Positions 20,193 through 31,008 of a stretch of 64,000 bases of DNA are shown here, piece by piece. Numbering within the stretch: position 1 is the first letter of the stretch; every line of letters begins with the position of its first letter. The position numbers were made by a program, and so were the translations under genes. This DNA is from Candidatus Eiseniibacteriota bacterium (lineage in GTDB: Bacteria; Eisenbacteria; RBG-16-71-46): NCBI GenBank assembly GCA_016710095.1, contig JADJLL010000013.1, forward strand, positions 6,458-70,457, given 5' to 3'. Below the pieces are notes generated by a model, which did not search any database, had not been told where the DNA came from, and saw only the letters and a list, made by a program, of their open reading frames with translations.

Positions 20193-20467
20193 GATCGCTC
20201 CATGCTCGCGGCCGGCGTCGGGCGGATGGATGCCTGCCGGGCCATGCGCGATCGGCCGATCGTCGCCGGCCCCGCGGCCGCGCGGCGCAGCGTACCGGCA
20301 ACGCCTTCGTGGAAGAAGAGTCCGTGAGTTGCGTGCGCTTTCCCAGACGCATTGTGCCGCGACGTTACCGCGGAAGTTTCGTGCGCTTGCCGAGCCGATC
20401 CGCGTTTGTCCAAGTGAGACTCGTGCGACGCCCGCCGGGCTCCGCGCCCCACACCTCCGGAGGTCCC

Positions 20468-21298
20468 ATGATCCGCTCGACGATCGTCGCGCTCGCAGTC
20501 GCCCTCTTGCTCGCCTCGCCGACGGCGGCGAGCGCTTCGGTGGATGTCCCGGTCAGCGCTTTCGGCACCTTCCTCCGGCTCGACCCCACGGACAGCGCGT
20601 CCCTGCCGACGCGTATCCGGCTCGCCGATCACGGCATCGCGCCCGGGACCTTGCTCTTCATGCAGGCGATCGGCGACTCCGACAACGGACCGGGGGGTGA
20701 CGAGTTCACGATCCAAATCGCCATCTTCAGCTCCGACTCCGTCCTGCTCGATCCCACGCTGCAGTTCCGCGTGGCGGGCGCGCTCGACTGCGGCCGTCGC
20801 GGCGGGACCGGTCCGACGTGTCCCTCGGGGCTGACGACGAATCTCGTCGAGGACTTCTACGTGGACCCCGACAGCTCCGTGGCGATCGTCCCGCCGGGAG
20901 CCGTGTACCTCTTCGTGATGCCCGCGGAGTGCTACTTCGTGGACAACTCCGATCCCGACGGCGACTACGCGATCCGGCTCACGACGCTGGGAACGACGGA
21001 CGTGGAATCCTCCGCGCCCGCCGGTGTCGCACTCTCCTCGCCGTGGCCCAACCCGGTGGCGAACGTGGCTCGCCTGTCGTTCCGTCTCGGTTCGGCGGGT
21101 GCGGCGCGCGCCCGTGTGTACGCGCTCGACGGCAGGACCGTACGCACGCTCTTCGACGGGGAGGCCGAGGCGGGCGCCCACGATCTCGCCTGGGACCTGC
21201 GTGATGCGCTCGGCGCGCGCGTGAGCGCCGGCGTGTACTTCGTGCGGCTCGACGCCGCCGGCGAGACACTGCGCCGCCGCGTCATCGTCACGCGGTGA
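20468..21298 (+). CDS. Secreted protein with C-terminal FlgD-Ig/T9SS-type sorting domain
   Basis: ATG 20468 after GGAGG. Signal MIRSTIVALAVALLLASPTAASA. Tail ...LSSPWPNPVANVARLSFRLGSAGAARARVYALDGRTVRTLFDGEAEAGAHDLAWDLRDALGARVSAGVYFVRLDAAGETLRRRVIVTR. Confidence 0.7.
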   Translation: MIRSTIVALAVALLLASPTAASASVDVPVSAFGTFLRLDPTDSASLPTRIRLADHGIAPGTLLFMQAIGDSDNGPGGDEFTIQIAIFSSDSVLLDPTLQFRVAGALDCGRRGGTGPTCPSGLTTNLVEDFYVDPDSSVAIVPPGAVYLFVMPAECYFVDNSDPDGDYAIRLTTLGTTDVESSAPAGVALSSPWPNPVANVARLSFRLGSAGAARARVYALDGRTVRTLFDGEAEAGAHDLAWDLRDALGARVSAGVYFVRLDAAGETLRRRVIVTR

Positions 21299-21316
21299 GC
21301 CCGATGCGCCGCGCGA

Positions 21317-23720
21317 TCACTCGGTCGAGGGTTGCTCCGCGCTCTGTTTGCGCTGCTTCTGCTCGGGGATCTTGCCCCACGTCCAGGTGAGCGAGAGGTT
21401 CACGCTGCGCATGCGATTGTTCGTGTCCGTGCGCTGCCGGTACGTCGCGTCGCCCGTTTCGGACCAGTACTGCGCGAGCAGGAACGGATCGTTCAGGTTC
21501 ACGTTGGCCCATGCGGTCTCGCGCACCTTGTAGCGGGCGCCGATCGACGAGCCGACGTACGACGACGCGCGCCCCTGAGCGAGCGTGCGCGGTGGGGCAT
21601 AGCGCAGGTACAGCTGCAGGTCGAGCTTGGGCGTCGCCTTGAACGACGCGTTCCCGTTCGCGCTCCAGCCGGTCACGTCGCGCGTGAATCCGTTCGCGAG
21701 GTTGCTCGCGTCATGGCGCTCCTGCTGCAGGCCGACGCTCATCGTGCCGCCGAAGCGGCCAGTCTGGCGCAACGAGCCCGTCAGGCTCAGGCCCGCCGTG
21801 CGCACGGACGAAGCGTTGCGCCACGTGGACGTGGCGACGCCCGAAGCGCTCACCGTCGTGACGAGATCCCAGTTGTCGACCGTGCGCCGCAGGTAGGGCG
21901 ACAACCGCAGCGTGCCGCGCGAACCGCTCCACGCCGCGTCCACACTCCAGGAGTGCGTGTAGCGCGGCCCGAGCGAGGGATTGCCGATCGTGCGCTCCAG
22001 AGAATCGCTCGTGGGGACGATCGGGTTCAGGTAGCCGGCACTCGGGCGCTCGATGCGCTTGGAGTACGTCGCGCGCACCGTGCGTCCCTTGCCGAAGTCC
22101 CATGCGGCGTTCGCGCTGGGGAAGAGGCTGCGATAGTCGCGATCGAAGCTCAGCGCACTCGAGAACACGTCGAACGACGTGAGCGCGGCTTCGGCGCGCG
22201 CGCCGGCCTGAACGGACAGCTTCCCGAACGTGCGCCCGAGCGTGACGTACCCCGAGTGGAAGACTTCGCGATGGCGGTAGTCCGATCGCGCGCTCAGCGG
22301 CGTGACGACCGGCACGCCTCCCGATTCGAACGCCACCGAGCCGGAGTTCGTGTTCACGCGCTCGGCGACGCGGTATCCCGATTCGAGCTTCGTCTTCGCA
22401 CCGAGCGGGCGGGTGTCGTCCACCTGCAGCGAACGTTCACGGAACCCCGTCGCGCTGCCACTGTGCGAGGCCTCATCGGGAATGCCCGTGGGCGCCTGCG
22501 TGCGCTGCACGCCGTCCGTCCGGTAGTCCCCGAGCGTGCCGCTCTGGAGGAACTCGATCGAACGCTCGTCGCGCCCTTTCGTGACGACGTGCGACAGGCC
22601 GGAGGTGAACGACGCGGTGCCTCCCGAGTACTCGGTCTCGTCGTGGCGCTCGAAACGGCTCGCTTCCGTGCCCGTCGAATCGGTGAAGGACGTGAACTTG
22701 TCCGCTTCCGGCGCGCTGCCGTTCGGATACGCGCTCACCGTGCCGTAGAGCGTCGTGCGCTTTCCGAGCGCGAGGTCGGCCGAGGTGTCGAACGACAGGT
22801 AGTGGCCGGCCGAGATGTTCTCGGACCGGGTGCGCAGCGCGGTGGGCGGGCTCGTGAGGAGGCTGAAGCGCTCGCTCTCCGAGCCGTACTCCCACTGGTA
22901 GAGGCTCGCGCCCGCGCCGCCGAACACGGTGAGCGGGCCCTGCTGCCACGCGATGCGCGACGAGAGCCCGTTGTAGCGCGGCCCCGCGTACGCGTTCACG
23001 CTGCCGCTCACGCCGAGCTTCACGTCGTCCTTGAGCACGATGTTCACGATGCCCGCGGTGCCTTCGGGATCGAACTTGGCCGACGGGTTCGCGATCACTT
23101 CGACGCGCTCGATGCGATTGCCCGGCAGTTGGCGCAGAAAGGTCTGCAGCGCCTCGCCCTTCATGGGAGTCGGCCGCCCGTTGATCTGGATCGTGACGCC
23201 CGTGCTGCCGCGCAGGCTGACGCGCCCGTTCACGTCCACGTCGAGCTCCGGCACCGCGCGCAGCAGGTCCGTCGTGCTGCCGGCGCCCGCCGCGGGAATG
23301 TCGCGCGCGAGGTAGATGTTCCGGTCCGGCGCGATCACCGCGGTGTTGCGTGCCGTGCTCACCTCGGCGCCCGGCACGTTCACGGCGGCGATCGCGAGTG
23401 CGATCGTGCCGAGGTCGGCCGCCGCGTCGCCGGCCAGCTCGAGGTCGCGCCGAACGTGCGGCGCGCGGCCGAGGAGCGACGCGCGCAGGAGGTAGCGCCC
23501 CGCACGAAGCGAATCGAGCGCGAAGCGTCCGTCGGCGCGCGTGGTGGCGTGCGCGACGACGACCGAATCGAGCGACGATCGCAGCACGACTTCGACGCCC
23601 TCGAGGGGAACGTGGGAGGACGCATCGGTCACGACGCCGCGCAGCGAAGCGGCGAACGCGGCGGGCACGAACAGCGATCCGGCGACGAGCAATGCGCCGA
23701 GCAGGGAACGGTGCACGTGA
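21317..23720 (-). CDS. TonB-dependent-receptor-like outer-membrane beta-barrel protein with N-terminal carboxypeptidase-regulatory-like domain and plug
   Basis: Probable GTG start at about 23720 after GGGAG. Signal LLGALLVAGSLFVPAAFA. CarbopepD_reg-like segment (SLRGVVTDASSHVPLEGVEVVL...ADGRFALDSLRAGRYLLRAS). Plug motif (RVEVIANPSAKFDPEGTAGIVNIVLK). Long beta-strand-rich C-terminus ending in an aromatic residue. Confidence 0.75.
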
Positions 23721-23857
23721 CTCCCGGGTAGCCTGAGGAGTGAAAGGGCGGCGAACGGACCGGCGGATACTGCCAGAACCGCGCGCGCATACGAAGAACC
23801 GGAGCCCGGCCGACTGGCCACGCTCCGGTTCCTTCCTGCGCAGGAGATCGTGCGCGG

Positions 23858-24795
23858 CTATCGCACGCGCACGAGCGGCTGGCTCATGCCGCCCTCGGGG
23901 CCGATCGCGCGAACACGATAGCTGCCCGCCGGCGCCACGCTTCCGTCCTGGCCGAGACCGTCCCACGTCCAGCTCACGTCACCGGACGCGCTCGCGAGCG
24001 CCTGTGCGCGACGGACGATCCGGCCCATCGCGTCCACGATCTCGATGCGGACCGGCATCGAGCTCGCGGTGGAGATGCGAAACGACACGGGGCCACGGGA
24101 GGGATTCGGGCTGGGGGGAGCGAGCTGGACGGGGCCGCCCGCGCGGCCGGGCCGCCGGGAGTCACGCCGAGCGTGCCGTTGGTGAGCAAGATCTCGTCGA
24201 GACCGAAGTCACCCACGACGGTGTCGGGAGTCCGCTGGTACGGAGACTTGTCGTGCCGCACGAGAATGCGATCCACGTTCTGCAGCGCCGCGGCGAAGGT
24301 GCCGGGCACTCCGCCGGTGAAGGTGAAGTTCGCCCCGTTGAGCGGCACCGTGAACGGCGCCCATGCGTCGTGCGGAGGAATCAGCGCGGTGTTCGACTGC
24401 CAGAAGTTCCCGGTCGCGGCGTTGCCGATCGACAGATGCAGTTCGAGGTCGTCGTCGACGTTCACGTCGTTCAGCCACAACCGGACTTCCGTGATGCCCG
24501 CCGCGGTCCAGTTTCCCGCGTAGTCGGGCGTCAGCGCGAAGGAGCCGAGATTGCCCGCGAAGGGAGCGGGGACCGCGACGAGCAGGTAGCCGTCACCGCT
24601 GCCGCCGAGCCCGCCCGTTCCGGGATTCGAGATCTGCGAGCCACCCGACCAACCATCGAGCGACACGCCCGGAAAGTGCCCACGGAAGCCGAGGACGGGA
24701 TTGGCGCTCGCGGCATGAGGAACCGCCGCGGCCGTGAAGCAGAGCGCTGTTACGGCAATGAGGAGCTCCAGTCGGATGGAGGGACTGGTTCGCAT
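23858..24795 (-). pseudogene. Secreted protein with C-terminal FlgD-Ig/T9SS-type sorting domain, interrupted by a frameshift near 24090-24135
   Basis: N-terminal frame (ORF 23974-24861) starts MRTSPSIRLELLIAVTALCFTAAAVPHAASA with AGGAG RBS and goes off-frame after LLTNGTLGVTP. The tail is in the other frame (ORF 23858-24088: PVRIEIVDAMGRIVRRAQ...WDGLGQDGSVAPAGSYRVRA). A G/C homopolymer-rich stretch sits at the junction. Confidence 0.55.
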
Positions 24796-25130
24796 GGTGT
24801 TTCTCCTGTCGAGGGAGGTATGCGCGACCGACCCGATGTCGCGCGGCGATCCGGCGCCCACGGCGAATCGAGGCGTACAGCACCTCCGACACGCGCGAGC
24901 TTTGTTCCATGTTTAGCCACGCTTCGGAGTGAAGCAAGTGCTTTCGCCTCGAAGGGGCGCTCTGAGGCCGGCGCCGTTTAACGGTGCACTTCCTTCTCGA
25001 TCGAGCCTGGGCTGGGGCGAACGGGAAGGACACGACGATCAGGATTCCCTTGGTACACCTTGTAGTTCTAGGTATGGTGCGCGCTCACGCGCGACGACCA
25101 TCGCTCGAGCCATTCCGAGGAGCGCCACGC

Positions 25131-25472
25131 ATGGCCCCATCCAAAGACCTCGTCGCCGCGTCGGCGATCCCGCTGATCCTCTCGCTGCTCGAGCGTGGGG
25201 ACAGCTACGGCTACGCGATCATCCAGGAGGTGCGCGCGTTGTCGAACGGGGACGTCGAGTGGGCGGACGGCATGCTGTATCCGATCCTGCACCGGCTCGA
25301 GAAGCGCAAGCTCGTCGGCGCCTATTGGGGCGTCGCCGACAACGGCCGCCGCAGGAAGTACTACCGCCTCGAGCGAGCCGGGCGCGCGGAACTCAAGACG
25401 CAGCGCGCGCACTGGGACAAGTTCCACGACATGTTGCAGCGAGTGAAGGGAGGATTGCCGTGTTCGACGTGA
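25131..25472 (+). CDS. PadR-family transcriptional regulator
   Basis: ATG 25131 after GAGGA. LSLLERGDSYGYAIIQEVRALSNGDVEWADGMLYPILHRLEKRKLV...RRKYYRLERAG is a canonical PadR winged helix. Confidence 0.85.
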   Translation: MAPSKDLVAASAIPLILSLLERGDSYGYAIIQEVRALSNGDVEWADGMLYPILHRLEKRKLVGAYWGVADNGRRRKYYRLERAGRAELKTQRAHWDKFHDMLQRVKGGLPCST

Positions 25473-25930
25473 ACGCCGCTGTGGACGAGTGGGTGGTTCG
25501 CACGCTCGGAGAGCAGTGCCGCGATTCGAAGCGCGCGGCGGAACTCGCCGATCACCTGCACTGCGAGATCGAAGCCGCACGCGCCGAAGGGCGTTCCGCC
25601 GACGAGGCGTTCGCGCTCGCGACGACACGCATGGGCGCTCCCGGCGCGCTCGCGGAGGAACTCGCGAAGAATCGCTCGGCACTCGCTGCCGTGTGCGAGC
25701 CCCTGATGCGCGAGGAACGCCGTTGGCGCGGGAGCGCGCGCACGCTCCTGCTCGCGCACGCGCTGCTGTGGGCGGCGGGCCTCATCGCCAGCGCCGCCTG
25801 GCTGGCCTCCTCGCACGCGGATGCCGCCACGCGATGGACCGTCGTGGGGACGATGCCTGCGCTCTGGTACGCCTCGGACCTCGTGGTGAAGCGCCTGCTC
25901 GGTGCGAGCCCCGCGCGAGGAAGACGGTGA
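25460..25930 (+). CDS. PadR-associated membrane protein (anti-regulator-like partner)
   Basis: GTG overlapping the PadR stop. HLHCEIEAARAEGRSADEAFALATTRMGAPGALAEE is the typical prefix domain seen after PadR genes. It is followed by 2 predicted TM helices. Confidence 0.5.
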   Translation: MFDVNAAVDEWVVRTLGEQCRDSKRAAELADHLHCEIEAARAEGRSADEAFALATTRMGAPGALAEELAKNRSALAAVCEPLMREERRWRGSARTLLLAHALLWAAGLIASAAWLASSHADAATRWTVVGTMPALWYASDLVVKRLLGASPARGRR

Positions 25931-25942
25931 TCGCCCGGTTGA

Positions 25943-26267
25943 TGGGCCTTCGAGTCGTCTCACCGGCCGAACTTCGAGGCATGATCGAACGCGGCGAGGC
26001 GGACGTCTTCGACGTGAACGCGCCGCAGCGCTGGCGGGAAGCTCGCGTGCCGGGTGCGCGCAATCTCGATCCCACGCACTTCAACGCGGCCGCGCTCCCC
26101 GGCGACAAAATGAAGTCGATCGTCTTCTACTGCTCCGGCCCGTTGTGCCGCAAGGCTCCCAACGCCGCGGTGCGGCGAAGAAGTTCGGGCACACCGACGT
26201 TCGCGTGCTGTCCGCCGGCATCACTGGCTGGCAATCCGCGGGGTTCGCCACCGACACGGGCGAGTGA
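25943..26267 (+). pseudogene. Single-domain rhodanese (sulfurtransferase)-like protein with an apparent 1-nt frameshift near 26172-26176
   Basis: N-terminal frame VFDVNAPQRWREARVPGARNLDP...IVFYCSGPLCRKAPNAAV (CX5R active loop), then C-terminal frame AKKFGHTDVRVLSAGITGWQSAGF. The junction is consistent with one missing G in cgggcg. Confidence 0.5.
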
Positions 26268-26360
26268 TCGACGCGGCATGCCCGCAACGAATGGAGTGCT
26301 GGGAGCGTAGTGTCCGCGCGCATACGCGCCGAATCCCCGACCACCCTCGGAGCTCTCCTC

Positions 26361-27062
26361 ATGAAGACGGTTCGCCAGCAGGCCCGCATCGCCGGACTCT
26401 GGTATCTCGGAATGGCGCTCATCGCGCCCATCGGTCTGATGATCGTCCCGAACAAGCTTTTCGTGTTCGGCGACGCGGCGGCGACGGCGGAGCGCCTGCG
26501 CGCCTCGGCGTCGCTGTTCCGGATCGGCATGGCGAGCGACCTCGTGCATCAGGCGATGGAAGTGTGGCTCGTCCTCGCCCTCTACCAGCTCTTCAAGGGC
26601 GTCGACCGCCACCAGGCCCGGTTGCTCGCGATCTTCGGACTGCTCCCGATCCCGATCGTGTTCCTCAACACGCTCAACGACGTCGCGGCGCTCCAACTCG
26701 CGCAGGGGGCCACCTTCCTCGAATCGTTCAGCCGAGCACAACTCGATTCGCTCGCGTACCTGTTCGTGCGCCTGCACGGCCGCGGGGTGAGCATCGCGAG
26801 CATCTACTGGGGGCTGTGGCTGCTGCCCTTCGCGGCGCTCGTGCTGCGTTCGGGCTTCATCCCGAAGATCTTCGGCTGGCTGCTGGTCGCCGGCGGACTC
26901 GGCTACCTGCTCGCCTCGACCCACACGCTCGTGTTCCCGCAGTGGCCTGAGCCCGTCGGGACGCTCGAGACCATCCTGCAGATGGGAGAGGTGCCGATCA
27001 TCCTGTGGCTCGCGATCGCCGGCGCGACGGGTCCGAAAGCGAACGATCCCGTCGAAGCCTGA
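26361..27062 (+). CDS. Integral membrane protein (DUF4386-like, tentative)
   Basis: MKTVRQQARIAGLWYLGMALIAPIGLMIVP..., with 5-6 hydrophobic helices. ATG 26361. Confidence 0.6.
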   Translation: MKTVRQQARIAGLWYLGMALIAPIGLMIVPNKLFVFGDAAATAERLRASASLFRIGMASDLVHQAMEVWLVLALYQLFKGVDRHQARLLAIFGLLPIPIVFLNTLNDVAALQLAQGATFLESFSRAQLDSLAYLFVRLHGRGVSIASIYWGLWLLPFAALVLRSGFIPKIFGWLLVAGGLGYLLASTHTLVFPQWPEPVGTLETILQMGEVPIILWLAIAGATGPKANDPVEA

Positions 27063-27086
27063 TCGCGCGACGCAACGGGAAGACGA

Positions 27087-27120
27087 AACCGGCCCCGCCT
27101 GCGAAAGGCGGGGCCGGTTC
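27087..27120. terminator. Bidirectional terminator hairpin
   Basis: AACCGGCCCCGCC-tgcgaaa-GGCGGGGCCGGTT, between convergent genes ending at 27062 and 27142. Confidence 0.5.
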
Positions 27121-27141
27121 GTTGCAGCGAAGAAGCGTCGA

Positions 27142-27813
27142 CTACCGGTACAGCGACTTCACACGGCCCCACGTCGTGGCCTTCGCCGAGACGGGCGATG
27201 CCGGACCGAGGACGACCGAGCCGAACGCGGCGACGTCCGTCGACCACACGCACGGGCCCTTCATCTGGACGCCGTACTGCACGTGACGGGCGGGATCGTT
27301 GACCGTCGCGAGCGAGACGCTGAAAGCGCCAGACGCCGGCACCGGAACGAGGATTTCGCTGACCGACGAGAAGTCGGGGGCGAAGTCACGGATGAACAGC
27401 TTGGCGGCGTGCGACGCAGCCAGCGTGTTCGACACGACGTTGCCGACGAACGTGAGCGTGACGCCCGGCAGCGAGCCGGCCGGCTCCACGTACATGTTTG
27501 CTTCCATGATCTTGTTGCCGACCGCGCCCGGGCCGCCGCTCGGCGTGTACCAGAACGGGTTCGGATCGCCGATCGTGTTCGGCGTGAAGACGAGGTTCGA
27601 GCCGGAGAACGTGGCGTTCAGGTCGGCAGTGCCCCAGCCCGACGCGAAGACGAAGCCGCCGCCGTTGGACGGAAGCTCGAACACGTTCATGAAGCCGTTC
27701 CACGTCGGAGACGGATCGATCGTGACGACGACGTCGGCGCGAGCGACGCTGACGCTCATGGCGCCGGCGACGATCAGGCCCAGCATGAGGTTCTTGAGTA
27801 GCCCATTCTTCAT
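27142..27813 (-). CDS. Secreted hypothetical protein
   Basis: ATG 27811-27813 (complement) after AGGAGG. Signal MKNGLLKNLMLGLIVAGAMSVSVARA. Beta-rich, no recognised motif. Confidence 0.65.
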   Translation of the reverse strand: MKNGLLKNLMLGLIVAGAMSVSVARADVVVTIDPSPTWNGFMNVFELPSNGGGFVFASGWGTADLNATFSGSNLVFTPNTIGDPNPFWYTPSGGPGAVGNKIMEANMYVEPAGSLPGVTLTFVGNVVSNTLAASHAAKLFIRDFAPDFSSVSEILVPVPASGAFSVSLATVNDPARHVQYGVQMKGPCVWSTDVAAFGSVVLGPASPVSAKATTWGRVKSLYR

Positions 27814-28016
27814 TGCCGTGTCCTCCTGTTCATGGGGTGTGGGAGCTCGAGAGCTCCGCGGAAAACCTGAAACTGCGCAGCAGAAACAGATCGACGGCAC
27901 TACTTCTACGGCTTGGGTGAATCCTGACCTGCCATGAGCCTAGACTATGTTCGCCAAGCGTACAAAGTGAAAACTTCGCTCCGGCAGGGACTTCCTCGAA
28001 CTTTTTTTGAGATCGC

Positions 28017-29787
28017 CTACTTGAGAAGGACGACCTTGCGCACCTCGGCCCGTCCGCCCGAGGCGAGGCGATACCAGTAGACACCCGCGCCCGCCGACCG
28101 GCCCTGCTCGTCCCGGCCGTCCCATCGGACCGCGTTCACGCCCACGCGGCCGATGCCGGGGAAGCGCTGGACGCGCCGGCCCGAGGCGTCGATCACCTCG
28201 ATGACGAACGGTCCCGGGGTCGCGAGCTCGAAGCGAAGCTCCGTGCTGGACTGGAAGGGGTTGGGGGCGCTGGCCAGGAGCGTCGCGCGAGGCACTGCAG
28301 GCCCGCCGTCGACGCCGGCCACATTGCCGGATTCCCAGTAGATGTCGTCGAGGCCGAAGGCACAGGCGGCGCCATTGGTCTCGAGGATCACGAACTCGTA
28401 GCTGAGCATGCGCAGGTCGATCGCCGTGCCGCGCAGCTCGGTGATGGGGATGGACGCCTGGCCCCACTGCCCGTTGCGCACGAGGCCGTACTTGGTCGTG
28501 TTCGCGGGCAGGTCGACGTAGTTCTGGTTCCCCCACGAATCGATCACACCGATCTTGAACGAAACGTTCGCGGGGATCTTGATCCGGAACTTGAGGAAAC
28601 CGTCGCCGAGGTTGAAGAGGTTCAGCGGCTGGCGCGACATGATGCCCGCGCCGAACCAACCCTTCGCGTTCGTCTGCCACGCGAGACCGTTCGTGCCCTC
28701 GAACGGCGGGATCGCCGCGTCCACGAGCGTGCTTTCCCAGACGTAGACGTCGGACGTCACGCCGGTGGTCAGCGACCCGCTCGTCGGCGTCGTGTCGGTG
28801 AAGAGACCGTAGCGGCCGTTCTGCCAGGTCGGCGGGCCGAGCGCGACTTCGCCCTGACCGTTCCACTGGTACACGCGCACGTAGTCCACGTACATCGTCG
28901 CGGGCAACGGCATGCTGATCGGCAGGCCACTGGCCGGATCGCCGAGACGCCAGCAGTCGGTGTAGGCGCCGCCGATGGCCATGTTGGCGATGAGGTAGAA
29001 CGGCTGGCGGAACTCCTCCGCGTCGGCGCCGAAGACGAAGGGCGCGGCGTAGAGGTCGTGCTCGACGCCGTTGTCCACGACGGTGAAGCGCATCGAGTTC
29101 TGGTCCCAGTAGCAGCGATAGATGAGGAATCGTCCAGGGTGAGGCCGGGGGCGTAGTTGTAGTAGGGACGGTCGTACACGTCGGTCGGATCGTTCGCGGT
29201 GCTCGCGGTTCCCGAGGTGCCCTGCCAGATCGCGTTCGCGCCGACCATCTGGTTCACGGTCGCGTTGTTCAGGCCGTTGCCGCCGTTGTGCGTGTCGTGC
29301 AGGTCGCGGAAGGCCTTGCCGGCGCCCATCTCCATGAAGTCGACTTCACCGCTCGCGGGCCAGCCGATGTTCGCGGTGCCGAGCATCCAGAACGCCGGCC
29401 AACCGCCGTTGTTCAGGTTGGGGACGAGCACGCGCGTCTCGATCATGCCGTACTTCACGGTGACGAAGGACTTCGTGACGACCTTGCCCGAGGTGTAGTT
29501 CAGCGGGTTGCCCCACTGGTCCACGATCCCCGGCCCGCTCTCGTTGCGGGCGATGATCCGGAGCGCATTGTTGCCCGGCTCGCCCGGCACCGTCGCGATG
29601 TCCACGTTCTCGTTGCGGTAGTACTCGGTTCGCCGTTGCCCCAGCCCCAGCTGCCGTTGCCGGTGACCTTGAGCCAGTTGGAGAGGTTGTCGAAGTTGTC
29701 CTGCCAGATCAGGCTGCCGACCTGGGCGTGAGCCGATCCGGTGGCGAACAACCCGGCCACGATCACGGCGGCGATGAGCTTGCGCAT
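28017..29787 (-). pseudogene. Glycoside hydrolase family 16 (laminarinase/beta-glucanase-like) with C-terminal carbohydrate-binding-like module and FlgD-Ig/T9SS-type tail; two apparent frameshifts
   Basis: Signal MRKLIAAVIVAGLFATGSAHA, then LIWQDNFDN (frame of 29500-29787). Shift near 29600-29660 into the frame containing the GH16 catalytic motif EVDFME and WPAFWMLG. Second shift near 29095-29140 (ccggggg) into the frame 28017-29093 (MRFTVVDNG...YLIANMAIGG...), ending GVYWYRLASGGRAEVRKVVLLK. Confidence 0.65.
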
Positions 29788-29975
29788 GGGGAGAGTCCTC
29801 GGAGGTGGCGGCCGTCCGTTGCTGTGCCGACCGGTCCATCATGCGCTTTGTTCGGACGCAGAACAATGTCGGATTACCGCCTCGCCCCGAAATCTGGGCG
29901 AGCTCCTGCGCCCCGCCCGGAGATCGGTGATTCTCTCCACAATATTTCGCCCACTCGTCCGTCTACCCCTCGTAG

Positions 29976-30569
29976 ATGGACACCACGAAGAACATGGAGC
30001 GCATGGCGCGCGAACAGGATCGACAGGTCACGGAGGTCGTGAACCGCGAGGAATCGCGATTGCGGAGTTTCATCCGCCGTCGCGTGCCCGAAGCGGCCGA
30101 CGCCGAGGACGTCCTGCAGGAGGTCTTCCACGAACTCGTGGAAGCGAACCGTCTGCTGGTGCCGATCGAGCACGTCACCGGATGGCTGTTCCGCGTGGCG
30201 CGCAACCGGATCACGGACCTGTTCCGTCGCAAGCGCCCCGAGCGGCTGGACGATGTCGCGGGCACGAACGACGAGGGCGAGCGGCTGCGGATCGACGATC
30301 TGCTGCCGTCGCGCGTCGCAGGCCCCGAAGCGCGGTTCGCCCGAAGCGTCCTGCTCGAAGCGCTCGAGGAAGCGATCGAGGAACTGCCGGACGACCAGCG
30401 CGAAGTGTTCGTCTCGCACGAGATCGAGGGAAGAAGCTTCAAGGAGATGGCCGAGCAGAGCGGCGTGGGCGTCAACACGCTGCTGTCGCGCAAGCGGTAC
30501 GCGGTACTGCGGCTGCGCGAACGGCTGAAGGACGTGTATGACGCGTTCCGGGAGGCGGGTGGAAGATGA
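29976..30569 (+). CDS. ECF-type RNA polymerase sigma-70 factor
   Basis: Region 2 (EDVLQEVFHELVEA...TGWLFRVARNRITDLFRRK) and region 4 (LPDDQREVFVSHEIEGRSFKEMAEQSGVGVNTLLSRKRYAVLRLRE). Confidence 0.85.
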   Translation: MDTTKNMERMAREQDRQVTEVVNREESRLRSFIRRRVPEAADAEDVLQEVFHELVEANRLLVPIEHVTGWLFRVARNRITDLFRRKRPERLDDVAGTNDEGERLRIDDLLPSRVAGPEARFARSVLLEALEEAIEELPDDQREVFVSHEIEGRSFKEMAEQSGVGVNTLLSRKRYAVLRLRERLKDVYDAFREAGGR

Positions 30570-30889
30570 TGATGCACGATCGCAGGAAGAGGATCTGGAT
30601 GGCTCCGTTGATCGCCGTGGGCTTCGTCGCGTTCGCGATCCTGGGTGGATGGATCGTGATGACGCTCTGGAACTGGCTCATGCCCGAACTGTTCGGGTGG
30701 CACTCGCTCCGCCTGCCGCAGGCGCTCGGCCTGCTCGTGCTCTGCCGCGTGCTCTTCGGCGGGTTCGGCATGCAGGGAGGCGGACCGCGCGGGAACATCA
30801 AGCGCCGGCTCTTCGAACGCTGGGAGGGCATGAGCGACGAGGAACGCGCGAAGTTCCGCGAGGGGGTTCGAGGCGCGCCGGAGTGTTGA
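30566..30889 (+). CDS. Small membrane protein, putative cognate anti-sigma/partner of the ECF sigma factor
   Basis: ATGA overlap with the sigma factor stop. Two TM helices (MAPLIAVGFVAFAILGGWIVMTLW; LGLLVLCRVLFGGFG) and a charged C-terminus. Confidence 0.5.
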   Translation: MMMHDRRKRIWMAPLIAVGFVAFAILGGWIVMTLWNWLMPELFGWHSLRLPQALGLLVLCRVLFGGFGMQGGGPRGNIKRRLFERWEGMSDEERAKFREGVRGAPEC

Positions 30890-31008
30890 ACAAGACGGGG
30901 CCGGCGTGACGATGGCCCTCGCGGTGCGCGCGACGACCGGGCTATGCTTGGGGTCGACCGCGATGCCCCGCGAGGGCCCGAACCATCGATCACCTCCAGC
31001 CGCAGGAG

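Noticed and set aside
24862-25130. Possible PadR operator palindrome in the AT-richer region upstream of the PadR gene.
   Set aside because: No convincing inverted repeat was found by eye (CACC...GGTG arms do not extend). Left as an unannotated probable promoter region.
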